From: Eledone cirrhosa | Lineage: Eukaryota | Direction of reading: 5' to 3' | Assembly (NCBI GenBank): GCA_964016885.1 | Contig: OZ024745.1 | Span: 134,044,001-134,108,000 of the forward strand | Length of the DNA: 64,000 bases | In this document: positions 38,320-52,260 of the stretch, piece by piece | Layout of the letters: every line of letters begins with the position of its first letter | Numbering within the stretch: position 1 is the first letter of the stretch | Notes under the pieces: generated by a model | What the model was told of the DNA's origin: nothing | What the model saw: only the letters and a program-made list of their open reading frames with translations | Database searches by the model: none | Made by a program: the position numbers and the translations under genes

Positions 38320-40520
38320 ACCTTGTCAAAGTTGCTCCATATATTATACCTTGTCATATTGTTGACGAAGCTACTCTATATACTACAACTTGTCATATTG
38401 TTGATAAAGTTGCTCCATATACTATACCTTGTCATATTGTTGACAAAGTTGCTCTATATACTATAACTTGTCATACTGTAGACAAAGTTGCTCCATATAC
38501 TATAACTTGTCATACTGTTGACAAAGTTGCTCCATATACTATACCTTGTCATATTGTTGACAATGTTGCTCCATATACTATACCTTGTCATATTGTTGAC
38601 AATGTTGCTCCATATACTATACCTTGTCATATTGTTGACAATGTTGCTCCATATACTATACCTTGTCATATTGTTGACAAAGTTGCTCCATATACTATAC
38701 CTTGTCATATTGTTGACAAAGCTACTCTATATACTACAACTTGTCATATTGTTGACAAAGCTACTCTATATACTACACCTTGTCATATTGTTGACAAAGC
38801 TACTCTATATACTACATCTTGTCATATTGTTGACAAAGTTGCTCCATATACTATACCTTGTCATATTGTTGACAAAGCTACTCTATATACTACACCTTGT
38901 CATATTGTTGACAAAGTTGCTCCATATATTATACCTTGTCATATTGTTGACAAAGCTACTCTATATACTATACCTTGTCATATTGTTGACAAAGCTACTC
39001 TATATACTACATCTTGTCATATTGTTGACAAAGTTGCTCCATATACTATACCTTGTCATATTGTTGACAAAGTTGTTCCATATACTATACCTTGTTATAT
39101 TGTTGACAAAGTTGCTCCATATATTTTACCTTGTCATATTGTTGACAAAGCTACTCTATATACTACACCTTGTCATGTTGTTGACAAAGTTGCTCCATAT
39201 ACTATACCTTGTCATATTGTTGACAAAGCTACTCTATATACTACACCTTGTCATATTGTTGACAAAGTTGCTCCATATATTATACCTTGTCATATTGTTG
39301 ACAAAGCTACTCTATATACTACACCTTATCATATTGTTGACAAAGTTGCTCCATATACTATACCTTGTCATATTGTTGACAAAGCTACTCTATATACTAC
39401 ACCTTGTCATATTGTTGACAAAGTTGCTCCATATATTATACCTTGTCATATTGTTGACAAAGTTGCTCCATATATTATACCTTGTCATATTGTTGACAAA
39501 GCTACTCTATATACTACACCTTGTCATGTTGTTGACAAAGTTGCTCCATATACTATACCTTGTCATATTGTTGACAAAGTTGCTCCATATACTATACCTT
39601 GTCATATTGTTGACAAAGTTGCTCTATATACTATACCTTGTCATATTGTTGACAAAGTTGCTCCATATACTATACCTTGTTATATTGTTGACAAAGTTGC
39701 TCCATATATTATACCTTGTCATATTGTTGACAAAGTTGCTCCATATATTATACCTTGTCATATTGTTGACAAAGCTACCCTATATACTACACCTTGTCAT
39801 ATTGTTGACAAAGTTGCTTCATATATTATACCTTGTCATATTGTTGACAAAGTTGCTCCATATACTATACCTTGTCATATTGTTGACAAAGTTGCTCCAT
39901 ATACTATACCTTGTCATATTGTTGACAAAGCTACCCTATATACTACACCTTGTCATATTGTTGACAAAGTTGCTTCATATATTATACCTTGTCATATTGT
40001 TGACAAAGTTGCTCCATATACTATACCTTGTCATATTGTTGACAAAGCTACCCTATATACTACACCTTGTCATATTGTTGATAAAGTTGCTTCATATATT
40101 ATACCTTGTCATATTGTTGACAAAGTTGCTCCATATACTATACCTTGTCATATTGTTGACAAAGCTACCCTATATACTACACCTTGTCATATTGTTGACA
40201 AAGTTGCTTCACATATTATACCTTGTCATAATGTTGACAAAGTTGCTCCATATACTATACCTTGTCATATTGTTGACAAAGTTGCTCCATATACTATACC
40301 TTGTCATATTGTTGACAAAGTTGCTCCATATACTATACCTTGTCATATTGTTGACAAAGCTACCCTATATACTACACCTTGTCATATTGTTGACAAAGTT
40401 GCTTCATATATTATACCTTGTCATATTGTTGACAAAGTTGCTCCATATACTATACCTTGTCATATTGTTGACAAAGCTACTCTATATACTACACCTTATC
40501 ATATTTTTGACAAAGTTTCT
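38320..40520. repeat. 39-bp minisatellite, about 56 units, two interleaved variants
   Basis: CCTTGTCATATTGTTGACAAAG + (TTGCTCCATATACTATA or CTACTCTATATACTACA). Confidence 0.97.
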
Positions 40521-40859
40521 CCAACGGTTTACGTAACCATAGTAGTTGCTTACCTGAAAAGTTCCAGATAATAGAACAGCCCACAGTTTTACTCAATAGA
40601 AAATCTGAAATGTTATCTCACTGTTATTGTTCCAGATTCTAGTATTCCATTACAAAGTTTGGTGCCTCTACTCATGGACGGTCGGTATTCGCTGAAAGAA
40701 CAGACAGATTCTCTCGCAGATGGTTTCTAACTTTACATATGTTAGATCATATATTGTCCCACTACCTGCAGGAGAGTAGCAGTCTGTTCTATCAGTCAAG
40801 CTGGGGGTGGTTGTAGACAGGAAATTCTACGTAACGGAATGCTCTAAGCAATACACGTG

Positions 40860-40939
<80 letters not shown>

Positions 40940-41063
40940 AATGAAAAGTATAGAAATTGTATATAATATAAATGAAAAGTATAGAAATTGTTGTAGCGAG
41001 AAGCTAAATATATATATATATACACGTGAATTATATATGTTTAATATAGAAAAGCTTCACAAA

Positions 41064-41097
41064 GACTAGAACTGTTTCATTCGTGAGAAATCATCAG
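41064..41097 (-). ncRNA. Hammerhead core (same family as 30755-30876), stem I not evident
   Basis: Minus strand: CTGATGA-T-TTC(TCAC)GAA-T-GAAA-CAGTTCTAG-TC. Confidence 0.62.
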
Positions 41098-41110
41098 GGA
41101 GCTCCTAGCT

Positions 41111-41163
<53 letters not shown>

Positions 41164-41538
41164 TTATAAATAGATATATATATATATAAACAGAGAGAGG
41201 GGGCGGGGTTATCGTATACCTAATCTCATACATCATTCTATATACCGCTCACACATCTCGAACACTCTTAAAGGAACTAAGAATCAGATTGAATATGGAA
41301 GTTGATATCGACCAGTACTCAATGATACTAACAGAACCTATCCAATATAAAGGCGAAATGTTGAAACTATAACATCATCAATTGAATATCCTCTGTATCA
41401 ATGGTATTGAGTTGGTGTGTTTGTAATGTCCACAAGTTACGGTATACTAACATTTACTGACATAACTCTGGCTTCTATCATTGTCAACATCATCGCGTTT
41501 TGGATTCAGTTCTAATTCTGAATGTAATGGTTAATTCT

Positions 41539-41927
41539 GACTTTTGGGAGTCTCCCGTACAGCTCTGAGTTCTTCATCCTCAGTATATACTGATTAATGT
41601 TCAGAGCCATATTCAGCATTCTTGTGTAGCATCCATTCACCATCTGCACAGGCTCCACTACAAAAGTCAGCTCGAAAGTGACACAGAGGAGACTTAGGTT
41701 AGCTGGACATGCTCACCGACACCCGGAGTTGACACTGCATTCAGTGCTCCTGTGGGAGCACCTGCATGGACACACTGGAAGAGGAAGACCGAGGTTAACA
41801 TATGTTGATGCCCTAAGGACAGACACTGGTCTCTTGGAGACACAGAACATGGCAGCGATAATGAGGGACAGAGAGCGCTGGAGAGAACTCGTCCATGGAC
41901 CTCGGGAATTTTACCCGCCCTAGATAG
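41539..41927 (+). mobile_element. 5'-inverted RTE-like LINE fragment with 12-bp TSD
   Basis: 41539-41646 is antisense and 41661-41923 sense relative to the 33424 family; TSD ATGGTTAATTCT at 41527-41538 and 41928-41939. Confidence 0.88.
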
Positions 41928-42465
41928 ATGGTTAATTCTAAATTCTGTTACAAATTTATGGAGTAAATATTCCACGTTTTGATTAGTTTTAATTTTTTAT
42001 TTGATCGATTGTATGTTGTTATTGAGTCTACAAGAGTATCAGCTACAAAAAGATGTGGTTCGGCCACAGTCGAACACATTGCTGTCTTTTCTCATTAAAC
42101 TCTGCCAAGTCCAATGCTGTGCAGGAGTGTTCTAGCAGGGGTCATATCTGGAGGGGCTGTGTAGTCAGTGGTTCGGTGCCGCAGTCACCGATAGTTGAAG
42201 TTTTGTATGGTTTCACGTGCGACTGCCATGCAATATGATAGCAATGCGTTGTTTGATAATTATTATAATTGAATACAAAGTATGTGGAGCTAATAACTCT
42301 GGTAGTCACAACAGAAATCAGATATTGAGCGTGATTGTGGTCTAACGAGGTTTTTGTCCCCTCAATACCGATACAGTCGGTTGGTTTCAATTCTATTTTG
42401 TTATTGTCATTCTTTGAGGTGTTATAATTTTGGATTAGATTTATTTCTTGGTTATGAGGTTCAGT

Positions 42466-42690
42466 GGAGGCACGTGGCCTAGTGGTAAGGGTGTTGAACT
42501 TACGATCATAATGTCGTGGGTTTGATTCCTGGGTTGAGTTGTGTGTTGTGTTCTTGAGCAAAACATTTCATTTCACATTGCTCCAGTTTTACCCTGCGAT
42601 AGACTGGTGTCCTGTCCAGGAGGAATCTTGTACTCTCAGTCACTTAAAGCCCCGAAACCAGGATAAGCACCGACCTGGCGAGCTTGAGAC
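42466..42690 (+). mobile_element. tRNA-derived SINE (second family)
   Basis: Homologous to 21945-22225; TGTTCTTGAGCAAAACA core. Confidence 0.82.
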
Positions 42691-43839
42691 AAACTTAGAT
42701 ATGAGGTTCAAGAAGTATTTGATGAATGATTTGGCATGTAATGGATACTGATTTATTGCGCTAAAGGTTGTTTTTGTAGCTGAGTTATTATATATTGTAT
42801 GGTGTATCGTTTACTTTTATCTTTGTTGTTTAGTGTGGTTAATGTCAGGGTTCTAATAGGTTCCTGGAAATACCAACTTATGGCATAATGACCGAGTATT
42901 CCTCAGACTTAATGTCATCCCCAGCTACAGTCTACAATACACGATGTGTCACAAAGTTGGTTTTTGAATTGAAGGACTTCAACACAATTTCTGTCTACCA
43001 AATTTCACTCACAAGAAAATCGTACGACATATTGCGCAGAGGTCGAACCCTGGGCTCCATAATGTGGAAATAGACCTCCTAATCACTTATCCATGCCGAC
43101 GTCAGAGTGTGTGTGTCTGTCTGTGTGTGTGTGTGTGTGTATGCGTGTGTGTGTGTGTTTGTGTGTGTCTGTCTGTGTGTGTGTGTACGTGTCAATGACG
43201 TATTTAGTTTTGTGTGTGAGAGTTTGCATCTGGGTGCGTATCTAACTCGGTAAAAATGTGTACGCGGTGTATTATATTGTCTAAATATGCACCCATACAC
43301 ACAAATATATATCTACCAATATATATATATATCCGTATGTATGTATTTATGTATCTATGTGTGCGTATGTATGTGTATATGTCTGTGTTTACGTATGTAT
43401 ATGCCTTTGTATGTGTGTACGTATGTATATATACAAATGCACTGCTTTTATTGCCATTGAAAATAGATTTCAACTGAATCTATTTCCTCATATTTGTTAA
43501 TTAAGGAAATTGAAGAGAATGTTTAAGATCTCATAGCTTGCCAATGAAACATGGAGCAGATAGTGAGACACTCACATTAATAAATCTTTTAAAATTTTCA
43601 CTACCGTTCAGTTTCCAATAATGTAATAATTTCCTCTGAAAATATTCATATTTTAGCCGTAAAATGCATATTTATTCATATGTGTATGCCTTGCATGTAA
43701 ATGTATGTGAGTGAACACAGCTACATCTATTTTCAGCAGTGCGTTTCCGTTTTGCGTACTAATACGAGAGTGAGTTATTGAGAGTTCTAATGATTAATTT
43801 ATATATATATATTTATATATACAACGATCAGTGAATAAT

Positions 43840-43936
43840 TGTTCTACTTTTTGGCACAAGGCCAGCAATTATCCCAGTGTATCACTGGTACTTTATTTTA
43901 TCGACCCCGTAAGGATGAAAGGCAAAGTTAACCTCC
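43840..43936 (-). mobile_element. 5'-truncated OK-like SINE with TSD
   Basis: 3' half only; CAGTGAATAAT on both sides. Confidence 0.8.
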
Positions 43937-44119
43937 CAGTGAATAATGATGCAATCCGTTTTAAACACTCAACGTCATGTTTTATTCCAAATAAATATAA
44001 TTTGTTAGTCGGTGACGGAGTATATGCACAATGTGGATAAATGGGTAATTGCTGTGTGTGTGAGAGAGAGAGAGGGGGGGAGAGGAGACTGACAGAGAGA
44101 GAGAGATAGAGAGAGGGGG

Positions 44120-44150
<31 letters not shown>

Positions 44151-44981
44151 GCACTAGTAGCCAAAGTATACGATAAAGCTATATCTATATATGCAGTGTG
44201 TGTAACCAAGACTGCACCAATGAGTGTTAAATATTTCTATATAATAAAATAGAACTACTTCCTGTTTCTTAAAACATATATTGAACATGTAAACAAAACT
44301 TTATCGTAACTTTTCACATATAAAAAATATTTAAATTATCTATCTATTAATGAAAACAACATATATACTCACCAAAATTATTTATTTATAAATAACCTGT
44401 CGTAATATAATAAAATAAAATATACTTACAACTCTAATCTTCATAAAATATACTTATAAATATTATCTCTATAATATAAAAACACACCACTAGAATATAC
44501 CCAATCGTATATATGAATACAATATATCTCTCACTTTTTAAATTAATATTTTCCCACTTTAACACATTTATAATTCTCACATTATATTATAGATACTTCC
44601 TAAATATATAATTAAATAATTAAATAATTAAATATAATTAGTTCACTCTCTCTACACCCTCACAAATAGGTTCCATACAATTTATATATATATATTAATA
44701 TAAATAGTATATTTCTAACTCTAATATACTTTTTACTTATAATCTTTCCTTAAATTTCTTCTACCCTAATATTAACCTCTTTCTCCTCTTCACTTAAGAA
44801 ATAATCCTAATAATTATTTAAATTTACCTAGCGTCTAAATATAACGATCTTTTTCAATGTTAACGCTATCCTCATTAGCATATTCATCCCAAGATTTGAA
44901 ATTCTTTTTCACTATTCAAACAGAACTTAAAACGATAAGTTCTTGTTTTGAATATGTCACTATCTGTAAAACAGCTTTTAT

Positions 44982-45165
44982 ATGTTATCTGATGAGGGCA
45001 TACCAAATATATATAATAAAATAAATATGGTTTTATAAAGATAGTTTCCATTTATTAATACTATTGGTATTATACTCCAGAAAAATCTTGTAGAGTGCTT
45101 CGGATCTGTTAGAAACTAAATTTGTTGAATAACCAACAAAAAAAAAAATTAAATAACTCATTGCT
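44982..45165 (+). mobile_element. HHR-bearing PLE-like terminus (degenerate core), related to the 23.8/24.3-kb family
   Basis: ATGTTAT-CTGATGA-GG(GCATA)CC-AAA-TATATA-TA|ATAAAAT (G12 missing), then TACTCCAGAAAA..GTAGAGTGCTT, then (TA)n. Confidence 0.62.
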
Positions 45166-45195
45166 TATATATGCATATATATATATAAATATGCA

Positions 45196-45316
<121 letters not shown>

Positions 45317-45426
45317 ATAATAATAAATTTGAAGACTAAAATCCAAAGAGGGCTCGATAAGGATAAATATATATCAGATATATAAGAACCGTAGAGCAAA
45401 TATTTATTAATCTGTTATTTTAATAA

Positions 45427-45500
<74 letters not shown>

Positions 45501-46807
45501 TAATAAAATAATGAATAAACAAAGAAAAAGTTCCTTATATTAAAAAAATTCATCATTTTACGATCGTTTCTAGGATATATATGTGTGTTAGAGTTGGTAT
45601 GCATATATATATATACAAAATTAAGATAAATTAAATGAATTCAATCTAAATCGAAATTGTGGGTATCATGCCTTAACGGTGTGCGCCATATCGCCCGGAA
45701 AATAAGCTCAAAGACTTTGTAGGTGCGAGCATTTTATAATAACTAGAAATTGATCAACATATATATAAATAAATATAAACATGAATAATCACAGGAGATA
45801 ATTTTTACAAGCGTGTAACCACGCATGGCTAGTAGGTAATAAATAAATAAAGTTAACTAGAACTTCAAAAATAGATACCTTTTAATGATTAATCTTCCCT
45901 GAATATATTTCATTAAAGAAATATATTTTACCAATTAATCAGATGGTAAGTCACAGAAAGTGGATATTATTGGATTATCAACAAGGAAGAACAATAATCA
46001 GCAATCCGTGTTTACACTTCGAGTCAAAATCTTTAACTAGCCGCTACCACGTGTTGTTTTTACACATCACAGCGGCTTCGTCTCAGTGGCGTGAATAGGT
46101 ATTCGACAACTAGAAATAGCAGTCAATTCCCTTCAACAGAGTTAGCTCTACAATTAAGGAGCCGTATTTATATATCTATATCCAAAATTAAGATAAATTA
46201 AATGAATTCAATCTAAATCGAAATTGTGGGTGTCATGCCTTAACGGCGTGCGCCATATCGCCCGGAAAATAAGCTCAAAGACTTTGTAGGTGCGAGCATT
46301 TTATAATACATAGAATTAAAAGGTATCTATTTTTGAAGTTCTAGTTAACTTTATTTATTTATTACCTACTAGCCATGCGTGGTTACACGCTTGTAAAAAT
46401 TATCTCCTGTGATTATTCATGTTTATATTTATTTATATATATGTTGATCAATTTCTAGTTATTATATATATATATATATATATACATGCATATATATGCA
46501 TATATATGCATATATATATATGCATATATATGCATATATATGCATATATGTATATATATATATATATATATGAAAAGTGTAATTTACTACACAAAACGAA
46601 GGTTATAGAGAAAATTGAGGTTGGTAATGGCACATGGAATATATAAGAGACAGAATACTTTTTTGTGAAAAAACATATAATTTTATAAGGTAAGGAAATA
46701 ATAAAGGGTATAAAAAATGACCGGATTCGATGGGTCTGCAAAAGCCATCTTTTCAAATGTTGATTAATATTAAGAAAAATTAATAATAATTTTTCTTAAT
46801 ATTAATC

Positions 46808-46855
46808 AACATTTGAAAAGATGGCTTTTGCAGACCCATCGAAACCGGTCATTTT
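46808..46855 (+). ncRNA. Hammerhead ribozyme, U3-A8 variant (right arm of palindrome 46606-46963)
   Basis: AACAT-TTGAAAA-GATGG(CTTTTGCAGAC)CCATC-GAAA-CCGG-TC|ATTTT; arms about 177 bp, loop ATAA; stem I has one mismatch. Confidence 0.68.
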
Positions 46856-47050
46856 TTATACCCTTTATTATTTCCTTACCTTATAAAATTATATGTTTTT
46901 TCACAAAAAAGTATTCTGTCTCTTATATATTCCATGTGCCATTACCAACCTCAATTTTCTCTCTATATATATATATATACATATGCATATATATATATAT
47001 GCATATATATATACATATATATATATGCATATATATATATATATGCAAAT

Positions 47051-47095
<45 letters not shown>

Positions 47096-47989
47096 TAGAT
47101 ACATATATATATAACAAAATATTGTAATGTAAATAAGCAGCATCGAAGAAATTTTCAAGGCCGATGTTTAACTGACATTTTAGAGCGCTTACTGGTGAGA
47201 GATAAATGTTCCCTTGGGTAGAACACCATTTAATTCAGATGAAGTCTTTTTAAGAAACACATTGAAACAAATATACAAGATAATTTGATCTACCTTTTTA
47301 GCAGATGATTCAAAACATTCATTCGACGGGTATGTATAGTAAAATATTAGAGTCTTTACTATTAACTATATCTATACTCTAAAGTAAAATTATTTTCTCC
47401 ATATTCCTAAAAATAAATCAAATATTAAGTACATTCGGAATGTTTAAAGTTTGATGTTGAATGCAGTTCATAAGTGCTGAGATTTTCTTTGTTGAGTATT
47501 TCATTTTTTAGCTTTTTTGTTAGGTTTCTGCCGCCGCTCCATAAAGAAAGCCAATTTGTTTGATATTGTCGTTGTCTAAACTAATATAATTCAAATTCAC
47601 CAAAGTCTAAACTAATATATTTCAAATTTGCAGCGTATAAACTAATATATTTTTTTTAAATTGAAGAATATTGATGACAGCTTCGATAGAAATTTAGAAA
47701 ACTTCAAAATGTGGTATTTGAATAAGAAACGTGATTCAGTTTACTTTCTTACAAATTTGGTGATATTGTGCTAATGTTAGAATTTGTTATGTAATTGTTT
47801 CAGATTTAGAAGTAGCGTTCTAATTTATTCCACCTTCGAGATTTTATGCAAGTCCTGAAAAAACAGAACTCTATCAAATACCAGAGCAATGTTTGTATCA
47901 TTGCACCGAGATTTAACAGAATACTTTATAACTCTGAGATAAATCTGGGACTTGTATTCTATCGCCAACACTCGTTACAGCTGTCATTG

Positions 47990-48250
47990 AATATTCGGGC
48001 TGAGGAGGGTAACCTCTCCAAATATCAGTCGCCGTCCGATAAGTTCGCGGTCGAGCCTGTAGCAGTGGAGACTTCTGGTGTCCTTGGCCCAGGAACCACC
48101 GCCCTACTCACTACCATTGGCATGGAGTTGGCTACCCGCAGGTGTAAGCCTCGCAAATTGGAATGGCTCTTCCAACTCGTCACCCTCACCATCTTACGGG
48201 GAAACGCCTTTTCTATTCTGTTGGCCAGAGCCGCGGGGCAGCCAACGCGT
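47990..48250 (+). mobile_element. CRE-clade non-LTR 3' fragment
   Basis: KYQ..FAVEPVAVETSGVLGP..WLFQ..LRGNAFSIL. Confidence 0.78.
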
Positions 48251-48695
48251 GAATCCCCATTTGCTTATAATAGAGAGAGACGGAGGCAATGACCAGCATT
48301 GCTGAAGTATTTTGCAGGGTTAAAAATGAAGTTTTCACTTTTAACTTAAATATTACTTATGGTATCTTTAGCTTTGACCATGGGAGAGAGAAAATTTTGT
48401 AAAGTAAACATGATACAATGCAGATTAAATTATTTGGCAAGTCTATCTAAAATGACAGCCTCTTATAAAAGTAGATGCCGAGCCATAGGTACAACTCATT
48501 AAATTTTGTAGCAATGGCGCTGATACATTGACAAATGACTCCATAGCTTTTAGTATTCAACTCATCATTAAGCTACAGCTTAGGAAATAAAGGGTTCCTT
48601 CATGATGAGTGCCAAAGATTGGCTACATGAAGCTAATTCAGTGATGACCTTATCACTTTATGTGATTCCCCAACATTATTTATTGTACATGGATT

Positions 48696-48878
48696 GGTGG
48701 ATAGGCAGAATCGGTAGAGGGTCGGACGCTATGCTTTGCAGCAAAGAGTTACAGCCCTTTATGGTATGAGTTCAAATTCCACCGAGGTTAACTTTGCCTT
48801 TCATCCTTACAGGGTCGATAAAATAAAGTATCAGTAATGCACTAGGTAATTGCTGGCCTTGTGCCAAAAGTAGAAACA
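48696..48878 (+). mobile_element. OK-like SINE with 16-bp TSD
   Basis: ATTATTTATTGTACAT at 48675-48690 and 48879-48894. Confidence 0.88.
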
Positions 48879-49686
48879 ATTATTTATTGTACATAGGAGG
48901 AATACAATAATGTTGTTCTTTTCTCCTGGAAATTTAGAAATGTATCTGTTACGCCAAGAGTTAGAACTGGTTTCAATTTTTGATTAAAGAACATTCATTT
49001 CCAGTCCGATGCTAATGTCCCTTAGAAGAATAAGTGTTGTCTTCCAGGGAATCATAAAGCCGTTTATTCTGTGTACGAAATCAATGACTTTAGAAGGGTG
49101 TTAAAAAGAAATTCATACACTTCACTCCTTCAGGATTGACAGGAAAAGACTAAAACTGTGTGATATATATGTTGAGGAGATAAAGAGAGTAATCTTTATT
49201 TGTCATAACATAAAACCAAACATTTGATACTACAAAATTCGATAGAAATATATTTCCATATATTGATCTGCTACAATTGAAAACATTAGAAAATATTTAT
49301 ATCAAGAATAAATCTCAATTATTTTTCTGTTGGGTCAAAGGAATGATTTATATTTTTCATATCATGCCGTATTTTTAGCAGAAATTTTAGTACGTAAAAC
49401 ATAAGTAAAAAATGAAGAATTGCTAAAACTACTGGCTCAACCTCATTGTGGCGAATCGAATCAACAATTGCTTTACCTGTGGGTATTCTATACATTCAAT
49501 ATCTAACGGATATTATGGTGGCAAGAAGGAAATATATTTTGGTTAGTGAAAGTGAAAAGCTGAAATAAACAGTTCTCTTACCTTGTTTCACCAATAAAAC
49601 AATTGGTTGTAGCATTATTCGTTCAACTGAGATAATTTGAATGAAAATTATGGAGAGAACACATCATAGATTGTTCTATTCGGAAT

Positions 49687-49736
<50 letters not shown>

Positions 49737-49747
49737 TTTCCGAATAG

Positions 49748-49809
<62 letters not shown>

Positions 49810-50028
49810 ATATATTATTTGCTATATACACACACGTACATATATATATACGTATATATACGTATATATATATACATATATATATACGTATATATATATA
49901 TACATATATATACATATATACATATATACATATATATACATATATACATATATATACATATATATATAATATATATATATATATATACATATATATACAT
50001 ATATACATATATATACATATATATATAA

Positions 50029-50065
<37 letters not shown>

Positions 50066-50212
50066 TTATATATACATATATATATTATATATATACACAT
50101 TATATACATAGATATATATACATACATGCATATATATATACATACATATATATATATACATATATATATATACATACATATATATATACATACATATATA
50201 CATATATACATA

Positions 50213-50991
50213 TGCTCTACGGTTCTTATATATCTGATATATATTTATCCTTATCGAGCCCTCTTTGGATTTTAGTCTTCAAATTTATTATTACTATTAT
50301 TATTATTATATATATATATAGTAATAATAATAAATTTGAAGACTTAAATCCAAAGAGGGCTCGATAAGGATAAATATATATCAGATATATAAGAACCATA
50401 GAACAAATATTTATTAAAATAACAGATTAAAGTTTAAGCAAAGAATCGCTGCTTTCACCCTTAACGGATCTTCTGAAACTAAAAAGGTCAATCTGTGAAC
50501 GCAGAAGTAAATATTTCAAAAAACGTTGCAACCGAAGGAAGACAGGAAGACGATGCTTTGGTTCGTGGAAACGTTCCCTGGCAAAGAACGAAAATAAACG
50601 AAGATAATACGTCATTATTTGGTGCGGTGAAAACAATTACAAGCAAAGACAAAACCACATTTATGGTATAAATGAAGTCATAGACTAATATTCTATTTAG
50701 GAAACCGAATGATTCTCAGCTTCAGAGTTAAGAATAAAGTCAATAAAATACAGAGGTAATCGAAATTAAATATATACATACACGCATCCATATACGTACA
50801 TACACAAGCATACGCGAAAACACTCGCCATGGGTATGCAAATACAAGCAAGTACACACACAAAAACACGCACGCATATACAGAACCCACGCAACGCCTAT
50901 ACCCGCAAAGTTTTTTGAAATATTTACTTCTGCGTTCACAGATTGACGTTCACAGACCGATTCTTTGCTTAAACTTTAATCTGTTATTTTA

Positions 50992-51081
<90 letters not shown>

Positions 51082-52260
51082 ATAATAATAAATTTGAAGA
51101 CTAAAATCCAAAGTGGGCTCGATAAGGATAAATATATATCAAATATATAAGAACCGTAGAGCAAATATTTATTAAAATAACAGATTAAAGTTTAGGCAAA
51201 GAATCGCTGCTTTCACCCTTAACGGGATCTTCTGAAATTAACTAAGTCAATCTGTAAACGCAGAAGTGGATATTTCAAAAAACGTTGCAACCTGAGGAAG
51301 ACAGGAAGACAATACCATTACTTATTTGCATAGGTAAGTATATTTACCCGTACGTTTTGTGAAGGTACGTATACCTTCTCGTACGTATATTTGATTGTTT
51401 ATGTTATGGCGTATAATTTTATATATTCTGGTACATATGGTTTGGCTATGTGTATACGGGAGTTTTGCGTCTGTGTGAGTATGCAGTTTCGTACGTATGT
51501 AGGGTGTGAGTATATGTGTACTTCATGTTTTGGTTGACTTACGTCTCCGAACATTCGTGTATTTACATGTAGGTATGTGTGTGCGCTTGTTATATACGTA
51601 TTTATTTATTTATATACGTTTATATAATTATCCATTTATTTGTATACACACATACACACACACACATTTTTATATGTGCGTGGTTTTGTATACCTATGGT
51701 AAGTGTTGCGTATGCTTGTGTATGTACGTATTTGTTTGCGTGTATGTATTTATTTATTTCTATTACTTCTGTATTGTATTTATTTACTTTGTTCTTAACT
51801 CTGTAGCGGAGATTCATTCGGTCTCCTAGTTAGAATTTTAGTCTACGACTTCAGCTATACCATTTACGTGGTCTTGTCTTTGCGTGCTATTGTTCTCCAC
51901 GCTCAACATATGACGTATTATCTTCGTTTTTTTCGTTCATTGCCAGAGAACGTCTCTATGAACCACCTAAGAGAACATTAGTCTACGACCTCTTTTATAC
52001 CATAAACGTGGTTCTGTCTTTGCGCGTAATTGTTTTTCAGCGCTCCTATTAATGACGTATTATATTCTTTTTTTCCTGTTCTTTGCCAGCAAACGTTTCC
52101 ACGAACCAAAGTATCGTCTTCCTGTCTTCCTCCGGTTGCAACGTTTTTTTAAATATCCACTTCTGCGTTTACAGATTGACTTTGTTAGTTTCAGAAGATC
52201 CCGTTAAGGGTGAAAGCAGCGATTCTTTGCTTAAACTTTAATCTGTTATTTTAATAAATA
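50213..52260. mobile_element. Cluster of direct and inverted pieces of one non-coding HHR-bearing family (also at 4750-4812, 21161-21262, 45313-45428)
   Basis: Shared blocks GAAGACTAAAATCCAAAGAGGGCTCGATAAGG and AGTTTCAGAAGATCCCGTTAAGGGTGAAAGC occur in both orientations, separated by (TA)n; internal ~140-bp diverged duplication 51835-52108. Confidence 0.85.
52187..52237 (+). ncRNA. Hammerhead-like ribozyme with CAGAAGA (U4A) core
   Basis: AGTTT-CAGAAGA-T-CCC(GTTAA)GGG-T-GAAA-GCA(GCGATTCTT)TGC-TT|AAACT; all three stems pair. Confidence 0.72.

Noticed and set aside
38320-40520. CRISPR-like array (palindromic constant part plus variable part)
   Set aside because: The variable part has only two related variants, with no unique spacers, no cas genes and a eukaryotic context.
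38518-40536. 672-aa Leu-rich ORF as a membrane or LRR protein
   Set aside because: It is a by-product of a stop-free 39-bp unit; it has no unique N- or C-terminal sequence and no true ATG start.
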